A DNA stretch of 63,549 nt, counting the filler, from Octopus bimaculoides (Eukaryota), in the NCBI RefSeq assembly GCF_001194135.2. It is 11 parts of 9 records of this genome, joined end to end, with 100 filler letters (N's around TTAATTAATTAA, not from the genome) between each part and the next. Parts side by side here need not be neighbours in the genome. Positions count along the whole stretch, not along the records: positions 58,156 to 61,370 come from NC_069008.1; positions 61,471 to 63,549 come from NW_026301465.1; 9 more parts are not named here. One strand, written 5' to 3'. The position numbers and the translations under genes are program-made. This document shows positions 61,356 to 63,549 of the stretch, piece by piece. Numbering within the stretch: the stretch's first letter is position 1; every line of letters starts with the position of its first letter. The notes beneath the pieces are model-generated. The model made no database searches and had not been told where the DNA came from. It saw only the letters and a list, made by a program, of their open reading frames with translations.

Positions 61356-62897
61356 TTTATCATTATTTATNNNNNNNNNNNNNNNNNNNNNNNNNNNNNN
61401 NNNNNNNNNNNNNNTTAATTAATTAANNNNNNNNNNNNNNNNNNNNNNNNNNNNNNNNNNNNNNNNNNNNATATATATATATATATGTATATACATATAT
61501 ATATACATATATATATATGTGTGTGTGAATGTGTATGGGTCACTGTGTGTGTGTATATATATATGTATATATAGATATATAGACATACAAACGCGCGCCC
61601 GAAAACACACATACATCGACACTAAAACACACGTATATACACCTAGCCACTTGCCCGCCTCACAAATATAAATATATATGTATATATATATATACAGCAT
61701 GTCTATCTGACTATTTCTGTCTGTCCAACTGTTTGTCTCTCTGTCTACCTGTCTGTCTGTATGTATATAAACACATACATATATATCTATATAGGCATAT
61801 ATACACACACACACACACACACATTTATGTATAGGTATATGTATGTGTATGTATGTGTGTGTGTGTGTGAGTGAGTGCATGCTGGGAGACAGAGAGAGGG
61901 AGGAGATAGATAGAGAGAGGGGGGGNNNNNNNNNNNNNNNNNNNNNNNNNNNNNNNNNNNNNNNNNNNNNNNNNNNNNNNNNNNNNNNNNNNNNNNNNNN
62001 NNNNNNNNNNNNNNNNNNNNNNNNNNNNNNNNNNNNNNNNNNNNNNNNNNNNNNNNNNNNNNNNNNNNNNNNNNNNNNNNNNNNNNNNNNNNNNNNNNNN
62101 NNNNNNNNNNNNNNNNNNNNNNNNNNNNNNNNNNNNNNNNNNNNNNNNNNNNNNNNNNNNNNNNNNNNNNNNNNNNNNNNNNNNNNNNNNNNNNNNNNNN
62201 NNNNNNNNNNNNNNNNNNNNNNNNNNNNNNNNNNNNNNNNNNNNNNNNNNNNNNNNNNNNNNNNNNNNNNNNNNNNNNNNNNNNNNNNNNNNNNNNNNNN
62301 NNNNNNNNNNNNNNNNNNNNNNNNNNNNNNNNNNNNNNNNNNNNNNNNNNNNNNNNNNNNNNNNNNNNNNNNNNNNNNNNNNNNNNNNNNNNNNNNNNNN
62401 NNNNNNNNNNNNNNNNNNNNNNNNNNNNNNNNNNNNNNNNNNNNNNNNNNNNNNNNNNNNNNNNNNNNNNNNNNNNNNNNNNNNNNNNNNNNNNNNNNNN
62501 NNNNNNNNNNNNNNNNNNNNNNNNNNNNNNNNNNNNNNNNNNNNNNNNNNNNNNNNNNNNNNNNNNNNNNNNNNNNNNNNNNNNNNNNNNNNNNNNNNNN
62601 NNNNNNNNNNNNNNNNNNNNNNNNNNNNNNNNNNNNNNNNNNNNNNNNNNNNNNNNNNNNNNNNNNNNNNNNNNNNNNNNNNNNNNNNNNNNNNNNNNNN
62701 NNNNNNNNNNNNNNNNNNNNNNNNNNNNNNNNNNNNNNNNNNNNNNNNNNNNNNNNNNNNNNNNNNNNNNNNNNNNNNNNNNNNNNNNNNNNNNNNNNNN
62801 NNNNNNNNNNNNNNNNNNNNNNNNNNNNNNNNNNNNNNNNNNNNNNNNNNNNNNNNNNNNNNNNNNNNNNNNNNNNNNNNNNNNNNNNNNNNNNNNN

Positions 62898-62929
<32 letters not shown>

Positions 62930-63549
62930 CAGCATGTCTATCTGACTATTTCTGTCTGTCCAACTGTTTGTCTCTCTGTCTACCTGTCTGTCTGTATGTA
63001 TATAAACACATACATATATATCTATATAGGCATATATACACACACACACACACACACATTTATGTATAGGTATATGTATGTGTATGTATGTGTGTGTGTG
63101 TGTGAGTGAGTGCATGCTGGGAGACAGAGAGAGGGAGGAGATAGATAGAGAGAGGGGGGGAAGAAAGAGGGAGAGAGAGAATGAGAGAAGGATGGAAATA
63201 GAAAAATGAAAAACAACTGTACCTATACATATTTATGTGTCAGTGCGTGTGTGTATGTGTGTGTGTGTGTTTGAGAGAGAGAGAGAGAGAATGTGTGTGT
63301 GTGTGTGTGTGCTTGTTTGGGTGTCCATCCGTGCGTGCCTTGACATCGTAAAATCATAAACTGCTCCTGGTAATCAATGAACACTAACGAATGCCTTGCT
63401 TTCGGTAACTCGTTTAGGTCAGACTTGTCCTTACGTAACACCACTCCGTGTGATGGTGTGAATATAATGTGTCCCTGTACAATTTGATTTGACCTTTGAC
63501 CCCCCCCCCTGACCCTTGTTCCTTAACCCCCAACACGTCAGCATTGATA

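Noticed and set aside
61660-63160. ~260-bp sequence repeated 1235 bp apart on both sides of a large gap
   Set aside because: The copies are near-identical and flank Ns, so an assembly duplication is more likely than a real tandem repeat.

Overview
Gapped, AT-rich, microsatellite-dense animal DNA. The SINE repertoire suggests an octopus (inference, not database-checked). Ten identical 100-bp spacers (44 N + TTAATTAATTAA + 44 N) split the window into 11 joined scaffolds, so adjacency across them is not biological evidence. Two partial protein-coding genes can be reconstructed with consistent GT-AG sites and phases. The first is 15 exons (516 codons, minus strand, 13313-25563) of the DEAH helicase DHX37. 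The second is 3 exons (plus strand, 58644-60575) of an apolipophorin/LLTP-like gene. The rest is mobile DNA: several tRNA-derived SINE families, Dong/R4-like, RTE and CR1-type LINE fragments, a dead DD41D (rosa-type) Tc1/mariner, a mariner N-terminal fragment, MITEs and a probable Helitron end. The most interesting unannotated signals are: (i) several unrelated type I hammerhead-ribozyme motifs (4280-4364, 12511-12556, 26222-26304, a back-to-back pair inside a long inverted repeat at 39477-39818, plus decayed copies), probably Penelope/retrozyme-derived; (ii) a 96-bp loopless palindrome; (iii) a 3.4-kb CpG-dense ACGA/ACGT satellite that switches strand midway. No CRISPR array, rRNA or bona fide tRNA gene was found, and most long ORFs in the track are N-run or microsatellite artefacts.
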